Assembly: GCA_008632985.1 (NCBI GenBank)
Contig: QPGO01000005.1
Span: 186,001-250,000, forward strand
Direction of reading: 5' to 3'
DNA from: Psammoneis japonica
Taxonomy: Eukaryota
DNA length: 64,000 nt
Shown here: positions 24,580 through 36,502 of the stretch, in pieces
How the letters are laid out: every line of letters starts with the position of its first letter
Position numbering within the stretch: the first letter of the stretch is position 1
Program-made: the position numbers and the translations under genes
The notes under the pieces: generated by a model
The model's database searches: none
Told to the model about the DNA's origin: nothing
Seen by the model: only the letters and a program-made list of their open reading frames with translations

Positions 24580-26728
24580 CTAGCCAAACTTCAACTGATT
24601 CGGTACTCCACGTCTTCCATCTCTACGAGCAGAAGGAATCGGGCTCAGATCTTCAGAGAGGAAATCATCTTCTGTTTCCATGTCGTGCCTGGTTGGAGTC
24701 ACTGTTTCTTGCGTTAGAATCACGGGCACATCGTCCTCTCCGTCGTCGCTCATGACAGTATTTGGATTCTCCTCTTCCTGTTGCAATTCAGACTCCCACA
24801 ACTCAAAAACGTGTCGCAGCAAGTCAGCCTTGTCGTCGGGTCCACGGCAATAAAATCGAATCATTCGTTCCTTCCAGGCCATTTTGCAGTGTGATTTGTG
24901 CTTTTCCGGGTCAACACTCTTTGCAACGGGAGCTCCTCCACTGAAGCAGCCGCCAAAGCAGACATATCTCTTTTGGGCAGAAACCGCATAAGCCGGAGGG
25001 GGTTGTCGTCTCCGGCGCCGTGATGCAGATCATCCTTAAGGACGATAATATCATTCCTTTCAAGGCTGACTTCGTTTCCATCCGCACCACGATGAACACC
25101 ACCGATGCGGAGAATCTCATCTTGTAATTGCTGTTCAGTCTTATTCCATATTTCCCTGTCCATTGGATTCGTAATGTCTATCTTCATTGTATCTGTGCAC
25201 TTGTACATGTCGTGGTTTTGGAGTCTCATAATCAGCTTTCGAGCAGGTTTCAATTCAGGCGTCGTTGTTGCCTCGATTTGGTCAATGACGGAATCGCGAA
25301 GCCGCAAGTACGCAACCTTGTCAAGCATGGCGCGACTGATAGGAAGGAATCTTGGCTTCTCGCTCTGTTCAGGCTTGCACAATTATTCTTTTCCTCGTCA
25401 TCATCGTCAAAATACGTTTGAATTTTGAAGTATGGGTCCGCTAGCGTGAAGATGTCGCACACCATCAGAGTTGTTGCCAGACTTTTGTGGTGGGTGTAGA
25501 TCTTGGAGTGAAGCTCGAACCGCTTGTTGAAGAATGCAATGCCATGCTCAATCATCTTCTCGGGATAGCAAATCATGAGATGATTCACCGGAACAGGCTT
25601 ATCTTGACAGCAGAAGCATTTGTCCGGCTTGGAGCACTCGCCCCATGCCACAAAAGCCTCGGTAATCATCCGTAGTTCAATTTCTCCAGCTTCGCGATTG
25701 GAACGGCGCTGATCTCGGGCGTAGTAATCGATCTTGTCGACATCCAGGCCAGTATGTCGATTAGATACAACGTCATAGAGATATTCTTGATGACGATGCG
25801 GTCGGCCAATGAACCCTGATTCATCGTTTCTGTACTTCGACTTTTTGAATAGTGGAGAACCCACAATGCACTCCTTGATAAATACCCAATCTCTGGACGT
25901 CAGGATATCTTCCGAGTTGTCATTACGGTCCGATCCCAGTTCCCGAAAGACGCGCATTGATTTTGCATCGACTCCATCGCCAATCTGCTTCAATGGCTCA
26001 TCCAGATTGTCCATATCGATTGCTAGCCCAAGGTCACAAAGGAGCGCATCAATCATCATGAGACTAGCGTCCTCGTGTTTCCAGCCCTTCTTCACTTTGG
26101 GATAGTCATCATAAAGCGAAAGCAAGTCCCGGTTGTCGTCAAGATAGCGAGCAAGTTGCTTTGGAAACTTGCCATCATAAACGTGAGAGTATGGGCCGTG
26201 GCCTAAATCATGGCAGAGACCAGCCAATTTGATGCAAAGCACATCCTTGTCTGTCATTTGCAAACACTGTTGTTTCTGCAGTTTCTTCCCGAGCATCTCG
26301 GCCAAGTGCGCAACACCTAACGAGTGCTCGAATCGATTATGATTGGCGTTTACATACACGTACTCTGCGGTTCCGAGCTGTTTGAGGCCTCGCAGTCGCT
26401 GGACTTGCTTACTGTCCATCACCTTCTTCATCACGGGGCAGTACTTGATGCTACTGTGGATTTCATCGTTCGTTCTACCAAAGTCGGTTTCCTTTAGAGG
26501 TCTAAGAGAGAAACAAATTGTAAGAGTCAATCGGACGCAACAGCAGTCAGTTCTAGAATTACTCTGGTAAGTTCAGTCACCCCTGAGTTTTCATACCATC
26601 GGGAACAACATCATTTCGCGGTTTGCTACGTACTTCGTTCGAAATCCTCCCTTCTTTGCTCTCTTTGAATTGTCACTATTAATACCGTCAAGGACAAATG
26701 GCCTCTTTCGCTCGTCTGTGAAGCTCAT
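24580..26728 (-). CDS. SAMHD1: SAMHD1-like HD-domain dNTP triphosphohydrolase (no SAM domain seen)
   Basis: QRLRGLKQLG...VY..A.HNRFEHSLGVAHLA, LAGLCHDLGHGPYSHVYD, WKHEDAS, DVDKIDYYARD, RFELHSKIYTHHK. Probable ATG 26728 with an intron near 26500-26596; frameshifts near 25385 and 24900. Confidence 0.88.
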
Positions 26729-27192
26729 GCCGGGGTTCAAACGTTGTTGGGGTTACAAGGACAGCAGCGGCAACAGCATTCGTTTGACCACAATAAACAT
26801 GCCGTTTTCCATCACATTTCATCCCGTCGTCCAACGGCTAGTTTTTTTTGCTCTGATGTCACCGCGCGATGAGATGCGCGCATATCAACTTCAACTTCTT
26901 TCAGCCAATCAAATTTAAGAATTCGATATGTACCATTCGGCGTAGAAATGTACTTGAGTCTTGCGAGGTTCTCGTTCCGTGAATCGAAACTGAATTTTGA
27001 TACGAGAAGCCTACATACGCAAAGATCCTACTACGATTCTACGTACCGCAGAACAAATCAAAAAAAGATCTCGCAAAAAAAGATCGCAACTGCGAGAACT
27101 GATGGCTGCCGACGACCATCACATTACTTCAACAACTCCAAGAGATAACACTTACCACTTCTTTGATCGATCAAGTAATCTACAACCGCACC

Positions 27193-27990
27193 ATGATGTA
27201 CATGAGAGCCTCACGATCTCTTTTTGCCAATGGTATGAAGAACTTTGCTAAGAGGGCCAAGTCCACCACGGCTCCGCAGGCTGAAGAAGCGGCGTCGAAC
27301 CTGGGTGGACTGGCTCTTGCCGTTGGAACGACGTTTGGAACCTACATGCTTGCAGACTTCCTATCAAACTTTATCCAGCATCCCACCCAGAAGGTAAGTG
27401 ACTTGGTAATTTGCTTTCTCAATCTACTGGAACGTGTTATTAAAAGAGTTGCGTTCACATTTCCACTCTCCTCCTAGATGGACTATGGTCTCTTCAACAA
27501 GTATATTGGTCGCGAAGTCGACAAGGAGTTCTGGGGCACTCGTACCCAGCACATTGTTGGGGTCGCTGGATGTTTGGCTGTGACGGACCATGCCTCTCAG
27601 CACATCTTCAAGAGGTTCATGGGTAGGGAGATTTGCTTTGCCAAGACACCCGCAGCCTTTGTGGCGCACACGTTTTTCTTCATCTTTCGGGCGTAGCCAT
27701 GTACTGTGCCGCAGATGCCGCCTACAATCCTGAACACGACGGAAGGCGCATGCAAGAGTTCAAGAGTGGTGCCTATTGCACCTACATTGGGTCCAACACG
27801 GCCTGGTTCGAGCCCTATGTTGCCCCCGACTCTCGCCAAGGTTGCTGGTCCTGCTGTGGCTGGCAGCTGGTTTGGCTCTGCGCTATTGCCAGCCACCTTG
27901 GCTTATACCACTGTCAAGGGAGTTGGATGGTATGACTGGGGTAACAGTGGCCTCAATGACTACGAGATGAAGCTCAACAACCTCAAGTGA
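27193..27990 (+). CDS. Hypothetical membrane protein with mitochondrial-type presequence
   Basis: Basic amphipathic N-terminus (MMYMRASRSLFANGMKNFAKRAKST), hydrophobic segments, GT-AG intron 27394-27477, two frameshifts. Confidence 0.65.
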
Positions 27991-28440
27991 GAGAAATCGA
28001 CAGTGATGACATTGTGAGGCACATAGGCCCGTTGCTATTCGTGGTTGTTCGTTTGGGTCTTCTGCCTATAAGTATATTTTGTTAACCTAATGCATAAGCA
28101 GAGTTTTGTTGTACACAAGTGCTGGTAGTTTCAAATGCTAGTGAACGAACCTATTCATCTTGCGCAACCCATCCAGACTGGTCGCTGCGCGCATTTTTAA
28201 AGCTTCCCCTTGTAAGTACCTTGCGTAATCGAGAAGAGGTCGGGTGTGCTTGAATTTCCCAAGCGACAAATCGCCGTCGTCGAAATCAAATCCAATGTTT
28301 CCGCCTCGCTTGTGAAATTGAATGTCCTGAAGAATTGGTTGCAACTTTGCCTCCCACTGACCAGCGACGCTCAAGCTACTGTAGCGGATGATTCTGATTG
28401 TAGAAACCAATCTGGATGGATCTTTAGCGAGTTGGACAAT

Positions 28441-29798
28441 CTATGACGAACTCGAAGGGTGGTATTTTCGAAAGATGAGACAGGCGTTGGTTCCTCCAAA
28501 GCCAAAGCTGTTTGACATGGCAACTTCCAATGGAGAGATAATGGGCTCTCTTATAACATGTTTGAAATTCACTTTGGCTTCCTCATCGCTGATATCCTCT
28601 AAATTTCCAGTGGGTGGGATACACCCGTGTATCAGCGACATGACGGTGAAGGCCGCCTCAATGGCACCGGCTGCACCAAGCAAATGACCAGTTGCCCCTT
28701 TGGTGCTGCTTACGTACAAGTCATGACTGCGACTGTCAGCAGCATTGTTTGATAGCAAAGTCCTATCAATGACGCGAGCTTCAATCTCATCGCCCTTTGG
28801 TGTGGATGTCGCATGGGCATTGACGTAGTGTATATGTGAGGGATTGAGATTGGCATCATGTAATGCCATTTGCATGGATCGTTCGCACCACTACCGTTGG
28901 GATCTGGTGCGGTGATGTGATGTCCATCCCCAGACATACCGTATCCACATAGCTCTGCCAGTATCGGTACACCACGCCGCTTGGCGTGCTCCAATTCTTC
29001 CAGTACCAAAATTGCCGCCCCCTCACCCATCACAAATCCATCACGTTGCGAATCAAAGGGTCGCGACGAACTGGTGGGTTTGTCGTTGAAGTTGGTTGAG
29101 AGCGCACGTAGTCGACAAAAGCCAGCCATACTGAGAGGATCGATACATGCTTCGGCTCCACCTGCCAACATAATGTTTGCGTTGTTGTACTGAATGCTAC
29201 GCATGGCGTCTCCGATAGCATGCGCACCCGCAGCACATGCGGTAGAAACAGAGAGATTGGGACCGAGCAATCCATAGTCTAAGGAAAGTCTACCGGCGGC
29301 GGAATTGCTCAGCACCTTTGGTACAAAATGAGGACTGAGTTTTCGAATCCCACGAGTTTCAATCGTTCGAGCAGCTTCCACAATCTCTCGCACACTGGAC
29401 ATGCCGCTTCCGACGCTCACACCAGCACGATAGTGTCGCTCGTGGAAATGAGGCATGTCATTTGTCGCTTGTTTTGATAGCCACGTCGTGTTTAGCTTGG
29501 ACTGACTCACAGCTTCAGCTCCTGCAATAGCCGCCAATTGAACAAATCGCCCAGTGCGAGCGTCGTGTGGGACGTTCTCAGTCTCAGAAACGGGTGCAGC
29601 AACTTGAGATGGTAAGCTTTTTGATATTTTCATTTCACGGTCCAATACTTCTGGAGGCAAATTTTGACGCTTCAAGGCTTCTTTGAGTGACGTTATACCA
29701 CTGTTTCCGTTCAAAAGAGATACCCATGACGCCTCGAGCGTACCACCCAGCGGCGTAATTGCTCCCATGCCAGTCACAACAACTCTCCGCTTTGCCAT
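28441..29798 (-). CDS. OXSM: 3-oxoacyl-[ACP] synthase II (FabF/OXSM type)
   Basis: RRVVVTGMGAITPLG, catalytic TACAAG, GFVMGEGAAILVLEELEHA, YVNAHATSTPKGD, STKGATGHLLGAAG, SNSFGFGGTN; one frameshift ~28880. Confidence 0.93.
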
Positions 29799-30238
29799 TA
29801 TTATTGCAGCAGATCTTGGTTTCAAAATTGTCAAACGTCAACTTTAAGCACTAATTGTTGTAGCAAAAACGAGTTGAAACAACTGCTGGGAGAGTTCACC
29901 AAAGTGGTACTGCATGCGATCAACAACAACGACAACAACCGTGTGCCCGCGATGATTTGTGAGCAGTGAGCACTGATATGGGAGATGATTCAAGATGGGA
30001 GACGGACCGACGCGGTCGCTGCGAAATAGTATTTTAGACTATATCGTGCTTTGGTCTCGGAGATGCGAACAATACAAACGCAACGAGTGCTACTATGAAA
30101 GGAGGACACTGGATAGAGAAAAGGAATTAATCATGTATAGGTTCTACGGTTCAGCAGTAATCGTACAGAATCGAGATAAAGAGACGGACTGAGAGGCACG
30201 AGGAGTGAAATGTGAACTTGACGGATGTATCTTGAACT

Positions 30239-31376
30239 TTAGATAGATCTGTTCTTGGTGACGAATCGACTAAGAACCTTTGTAACTTTGAGGCGCAATT
30301 CCTTCTTTGGTTTCTGTGTTGACCCTTTCTGTTTCTTCTTCTTGTCGTCTTGTCCACTCGCCGCAATCGTTTGGCCATTCAATTTTTTCAACGCGTCCTT
30401 TGCCGCATCTTCTGATTCAAAGGTGATGTAGGCTTGTCCCTTACAACGCCCAGTATCTGGAAAGGTAACTAGTTTGGCGTGAACAAGTTTTCCACAATCA
30501 TGTGTGCTCACCAATGCTTCCAAATCTTTTGCCTTGTATTCAAACGGAAGTCCCGACAAAAACAACTTGTTGGCGTTGGGTTCGTGCAAGCCCCGCAGCT
30601 TTTTGGCAACAGCATTTGTTCCTCGAACCGTCACCTTGTCGGGACAATCGTAAATCCAATGACGCGGCTCGTGTTTGTTCTGACAAGCGCTGCAAACATA
30701 ATCGTCCGGTACGGGCTTTTTGCAACGAGCTTTCTTCTTACTGCTGCTACTTCTTTGATCCTCGGGGGCGCGTTCCTCTTTGACATGATCGATCTCTTCA
30801 ACTACTCCAGTACTTGTATTTTTCGTTTCTTTCATAACTTTTTTCTCGTTGTCATGGTCGTCTTGTTCAGCAACATTAGTATCGTCCACGTTTCCGTCTC
30901 CAAAATAGAGTGTCTCCTCGTGTTTTCGTTCCAACGCTTCAAGACGTGACTGTTCTTGAGCTTCCTTTTTTGTAGGTATGGGAGTCAAACCATGCTTGAC
31001 ACGCTTGATCATTCTACGAATCTGTGATTTTGTGTACGCCACTCCGTCCTCGTTGACTTGAGGGAGTTTGGCAAGAATGGCTTCCTTTTCCTCCTTTTTC
31101 TCTTGACGTTTTCGTTTGCGCAACTCCTTTTCGTCTTTTTGTGGCTCTTCTTTTTGATCCTGCTGAGTAATAGGCTGTGCTGTTTCTTCTTCGTCTTTGG
31201 TTTTCTCGGCGTGCTTGCGTTTCTTCTTGCTTTTCTTTTCCTTTTCTCGGGTGACTTGGTGGTTGTCCTCGTCTTCTGCGGCTTTGCTCTTTTCCTTGCG
31301 ACGCTTCTTCTTTTTTCTCCATTTTATCGCGCTTTTCACTCGAATCGTTTCCCATTGTAAGCTCTACAGCTGTCAT
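30239..31376 (-). CDS. Lys-rich RNA-binding protein with CCHC zinc knuckle and RRM (probably nucleolar)
   Basis: CSACQNKHEPRHWIYDCP; RNP2 KLFLSGLP and RNP1 KGQAYITF; K/E-rich N-terminus; frameshift near 31310. Confidence 0.85.
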
Positions 31377-31439
31377 GTTCTGATTTGGAATGTAGGTTCG
31401 TTTGACTCTCTGTCGTTCCTTGCTGAAGATTAGGGAGTT

Positions 31440-34400
31440 AGTTGCCTGCTTCGAGATAATCGCCTCTTGTTTGTGTTGTTATTATTTAAGGTGTCTATGG
31501 GGTTGGTAGTTGTTGTGGTGGGGAAATAGGTGGTGGAGGAGGCGCGCGTAGCGCGCTGGGAGAGGGAGAGAAAAAGGGTTGGCCGAGGGTGCGGACAGAC
31601 GGTCGTGAGGAGGAGTTGGTGATGGTGGGATGGCGGAGGAGGAAAGCTTGACATGTAGAGAGATGGTTGGAGAGAGCAAAGCCAAAATTGAGACTGAGGA
31701 TTTGGGAAGCCCAGAGCAGGGGTGTTGCTGCATGACAGGAGGAGCCGAAGTGATCGGGTGAAAGTTGTTTCCAGGCCGCGTTGGATTGGGCGAGGAGGTT
31801 GGAAGGAGCCAAAAGGGAGTTGGTGCAGGCGGAGAAGGATGCTTGCAAGTTAGACAAAGAGGATGGGTTGGACCAGGGCGGTTTTGGAGGGAGGGGCGGG
31901 ACGGAGGAAGAGGCAGTGGTGGAGGTGCCAAAGAAAAAAGACATGGAAGTGACATCCAATGCCTCCGAGGTGGTCGAAGGCAAAAGGGAGGAGGAAGAGG
32001 CCTGCTTGGTCAATGGCGTCAATGACGTCAGAGCCATGAGCAGAGGATGTAGAACGGCCAAGGAGCTTGTCCCGAGTGCTGCTGAGGTGAGCCTTGTTGA
32101 GCGGGTTTTCAGGGACAGGCAAACCAGGTGCAGGAGGCGGGGGAGCGGGTGGTGCAGTGATGTCAATTGCCAGGAATTGGTGGGTGGATGGGGCGTTTGG
32201 TGGTGTGGAGCCGGGAGCAAGTTGGACGCCGACGTCGGCGGGGCGTTTTAGAGGGTGGTCGGGTGGGAGTCCGGCAGGGTCGAGGCAGACTTGTTGGCGA
32301 GACCGGCAGAGACCGCACATGAGGCCGAGGGTTTCGATGACAGCGCAGACAGTGTCACGGATGTGGTTGGACAGAGGGCCTTTGTGCATTTTGGAGCAAG
32401 CGAAGGCGTGATCGCCGCACGGGTTGGGGCGGGCGTGGCCACATGGGCAGTTGTGTTGGGAGAGGGTGGATGGGACAATGGGCAGGTGAAGCTTGCGTCG
32501 GAGGAGGATTGTGAAGAGGTGTGGCGGAAGGCGGTTGGAAGTGGGGGTGCGGGACAGGGAGTGAAGGCACAGGCTTGTGAGTGGGGACAACAAGGATGGG
32601 AGCGCCGGTTGGATGGAAGGATCAGCGAGGAGTGGGGGAAGGGTGTTGTGCGCATGATGGTGGAGGTGAAGGCGCTGTGAGAGACCGCGCAGGGTGTGGT
32701 GTTTGACAGCGTGTGGGAGGGAGGTGAAAGAGGAAGAGTCAAGTTTGAGAAGGGTGGGAGGGCAGTGGCGGAAGATTTGGCAGAGGGAGAGAGTAGAGCG
32801 AGGGTTGGACCATGAACCAAGAGCAGCAGAGCGGCTTGAGGGAAGGCGGAAGATGGCGCCACCAGTGAGTGGGGTGCCATGTTTGGTGCAGTGGATGGAT
32901 CGGAGGAGGGAGGTGATTGGAGCGGGGACGGCAACTGTGGAGATGTCTCGACATCCAATGCCGCCTGAGGAGATGGGCAGGGTGGCAATGAGTTTGGAGG
33001 CAGATGGGAATGGGTCAGCATGTTGGGTGAGGCAGGTGAGGAATCGGAGGGAGTGGCCGATGATTTGGTCGGTGAAGGGGGATGCCCATTGAAAGGGGGG
33101 TGGGAAGTCGTCGGAGCGCAGAAGATTGCAACATGCATCAGCGGATGGCAGGTGGGTGATGGAAGGGATGGAGCACTTGCGGAAGAGGGTGCTTTGTGTT
33201 TGTTTGTCGGTGAGGCGGACGGTGAGGCGGTGAAGGTCGGTGGCAAAGGAGGTGGCCTTGTTGTGAAGGAAATCGAGGGCGAAAGCGGGTGAGCCGATGG
33301 GTCGACCGTGGAAGCGGGTGCCGGTGGTGATCTCGGATGTGACATGGGGACTGTTGTGGGGATTTAGGAAGGTTAAGGCTTCGGAGAGTGCGGCGGCGTT
33401 GGTGGGTGGGAGGCGGTAAATGGGAGAAGAGCCGGTGATGGATGTGAGAATTTGAGTCTTGGAGGTGTTGAGCTTGATGCCAAATTGGGGGCCGCAGGTG
33501 GAGAGTCATTTGAGGAACCAAGGGAGCTGGGAGAAGGGAAGGAAGATGTGGGTGTCATCAATGTATGAAGAGGCAGCAGATTTGGAATGGGGAGGGAGTC
33601 GATGACATAGTTCATCGTTGATGGGGTGGAATGCGTGAGCCAAAACAAGGCAGGAAAAGGCAGGGCTGAGGGGGCAGCCTTGAGCAAATCCCTCGGGTTG
33701 AGAGAAGGAGGACCATTGCAAGCGGTGGTCACGGTGCCAGCAGGTGTTAGGGTCTTGGCAGAGCAAGTCGAAGAAAGGCACAAGAGGGCGGTGCTTGTCG
33801 GAGTTGTCGAGGGTGTGGCGACAGGCATCACGGGAGCATTCGTTGAAGCAATTGGATGGGTCAAGGAGGAGGAGAGCTTTGGTTGGCGTGGAGTCTGGTT
33901 GAAAGAATCGTTCGATGTTGGCACAGGTGGTGTCGACTGGGCAGTCGAGACCTCCTTTGACGCCGACTGCGAATTGGCCAGAGAGCAGGAGGTTGGCAGC
34001 AAAGGTGGCGGCAAAAAGGAACATGATGAGGGTGCCGACGATTCTGCGAAGGGCTGCTCCGATGCCGATGGGTCGAAGCTTGGAAAGGTTGGATGAGTCT
34101 TTGTGGAGAGCAAGGAAGCAGTTGGAAGAAAAGACAGGTTTGATGGATGTGGGGACATCCGCTGCAAGAATGAGATCGAGCAGATGTTTGAAGGTGAGCA
34201 AGTGGGGGCAGGAAGTGGATGTTGGCGTGGAACGGCGGTGGAGGGCGCAGGTCTTGAACAGGTCGGTGGAATCGGCAAAGGCGCCGGGTGCTTTGCCTGG
34301 TTGACATTTGGCGAGGGCTTTGCGGAGATCATCGGTGGTGCAGTGCAGGGGGGAGGAAGCAGATCGTTGGTGTCGGGCAGAGGGGGGGGAAGGTGGCGGT

Positions 34401-36282
34401 GGGTGTTTCCGGGGTGGATAAAGTTGCTTGACAAGTTCCATGCGTTCGGGGGTGAGAGAGGCAACGGGAAGGGAGGAGGTGGCCCGGGCGCAGGCGGCAT
34501 GAAGGTTGTTGACGTTGGCGGCAATTTGGGCGGAGTGGGCGTGGGATGTGTTGTCAAAGTCGGGAGGTTCGTCAGATGTGTCTGGGACAGGTGTTGAGCG
34601 AGATTGGTCACAGAGGGTGCGGATGGAACCGTTGCGGAAGAGGAAAAGACGTTGTGTGATGGTGGTGGAGAGAGGGATGTTGGAGTTCTTGGGGCATGGG
34701 TAGAGGATGAGAGATTCAAAGAGGAAGAGGAGCTTGAAAAAGGGTCGGAGGCCGTTTGCCAAGAAGGGGGTGGGTCGTCGGCGGGGTCGAAAGGCTCAGA
34801 GGAGTCAACAGTCCATTGGATGAGGTGATGGAGGGTGAGAAGGACCTGGAGGCAAGAGGAAGGGGGGAGTTTGTGCCAGATGGAGGCACGGAAGGGCGGG
34901 GGTGACAGGGGCAGTGAGTGGAGCCACTGAAGGGAGGCTGTCCAATCAGCAAGCTCTTGGCATGGGCAGGAGGATGCAACGAGCTGAATGTTGGCAGTTG
35001 TGCGGGGTTGAAAATGGATGTTAGAATGTGGGTGTGCAGGTGTGTGTCACGGAGGCATGTCTTGGTGGTTCGTTGGCAATGTTGGCATGGGTGCAGGTCA
35101 TGGAGCTCAAAAAAAGAGTGGGGATGGTGCGGAGGCTGCGGTGTTTGTGTGCAGAAGAGAGATGCATGCGCAGGAGCTTGGGCACTTGAGGCGGAGGAGC
35201 ATTGGGCGGGAGGGAGAAGGAGCAGCCCTCAAAGGGGCAGGAGCAGTTGGCAACCCCTGGCGGGGTGCAGGTGCCGATGGGTTCCATTGCTGGAGGGTGG
35301 GGCGAAGTGTGCTGGAGTCTTGATTGGTGTCGGCAGCCTGTTGGGTGAGTGTGGACCACTCGGCAAGGTGTGTGGGAGCAAAGGTGTGGACCCATTGGTC
35401 GAAGACATCGAGAAGCTCGAGGTCGCACTGAGAGCACTCAATGTCCACATCGGGCGGGTCGGGGTGTGATGTGCGTTCGTGGGTGTGGATGGGGCGGTGT
35501 GTGCCAAGGTGGGAGTGTTGGTGGTGAAAGTGTCGGGGTCCATGGCAGCAGTTTCAGAGGAAAACGTGGAGCCGTCGAGGTCGGGAGGGTGTGAGCGTTT
35601 CTTGCGTTGTTGAGAGGGGGGCGTGGGGGTGCTGATGCATGTCGGTGTGGTTGGGGACAGTGGCGTGGGTTGCCAGGAGGCTTCGAGGAAGGAGAGGGCT
35701 GTTTCGGACAGGGTGTCTCAAGAAGGTTGAGAGGTTGCTTGGGCAAAGGACGTGGATGTTCGGGCAGGGGAGGGAGGGGGGCGTCAGGAAGGGAGGTCCT
35801 TGATGAGGTGTTTGGGGATGTTGGGACAGAGGTGGAGGGTGGCATCAGTGATGTCCACGACAAACGGGGTGGCGAAAAAAAGGAGCTTGTGTCAGACCGG
35901 GGTGTCACTGTGAGAAAAAAAAGGGGATGATGCCAAAAAGGTTGGGGGTGGTGAGAAGTTCGTAGCAGTCGGAAGGCGCGGAGATGTTGAGGTGGCTCGT
36001 GATGATGATAAAGCTTGCAGGCGCGTGGCGATGGGAAGGATTTTGGGAAAGGAAGGGAAGGGGACAACCGAAAGGGAAAGGCCGAGGACGTGCATGATCG
36101 GAGGCGGCGTGTTGGAAGGTTGACGATGGATGGAAAGGAGGTCCACATTTCGGGCGTGGAGGTGGTGAGGAAGTAAATGTCAGACTGGGGGATCTTGGCG
36201 GTTTGGGCGGAGAAAGTTGGGAAGCGGGAGGGGCGGACGCCCTTTTTTGTGGCCGTAACCTTACGTCGTCTTGTCGTGTTGG
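31440..36282 (-). mobile_element. CRE-clade non-LTR retrotransposon (C2H2 finger, RT, CCHC, restriction-like endonuclease), frameshifted and TpA-depleted
   Basis: C2H2 finger CPFEGC...LRMHLSSAH. RT motifs LRPIGIGAALRRI, QFAVGVKGG, LLLDPSNCFN, GFAQGCPLSP, SYIDD. C-terminal CPCGH...GDHAFAC, KRPADV, AIDIT, LLPFAFDHLGGIG. Candidate TSD AGGGAGTT at 31432-31439 and 36283-36290; ends are tentative. Confidence 0.9.
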
Positions 36283-36502
36283 AGGGAGTTCTGATGGATG
36301 GCAAGACCATCAAAATGTGACTCGATCGAATCAATCAATCTTAAAATTCGCGCGCCCTCGTTCGCGCGAAGGAGGACGCGATCAGCCATCACCAGCCACG
36401 AAAATCTCACAAAAAAATGATGCCCATGATCGCAGCGGCCGTCATTCTCAATTCCATCCGCTAAAACAGAAACAAACATAACTCTCTAACCACCACTGCA
36501 CC

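Noticed and set aside
24580..26728. SAMHD1-like gene as the cause of, or partner in, the hypermutation
   Set aside because: A widespread family; dNTP-pool effects would not be confined to repeats or to TpA, and proximity in a eukaryotic genome is not evidence. No candidate mutator gene was found in the window.
28138..28410. Small ORF downstream of the KAS gene
   Set aside because: No recognisable domain or clear start; cannot be supported as a gene.
31430..36334. Long Pro-rich and Gly-rich ORFs as separate genes
   Set aside because: Shadow frames of the C-rich, stop-depleted retrotransposon.
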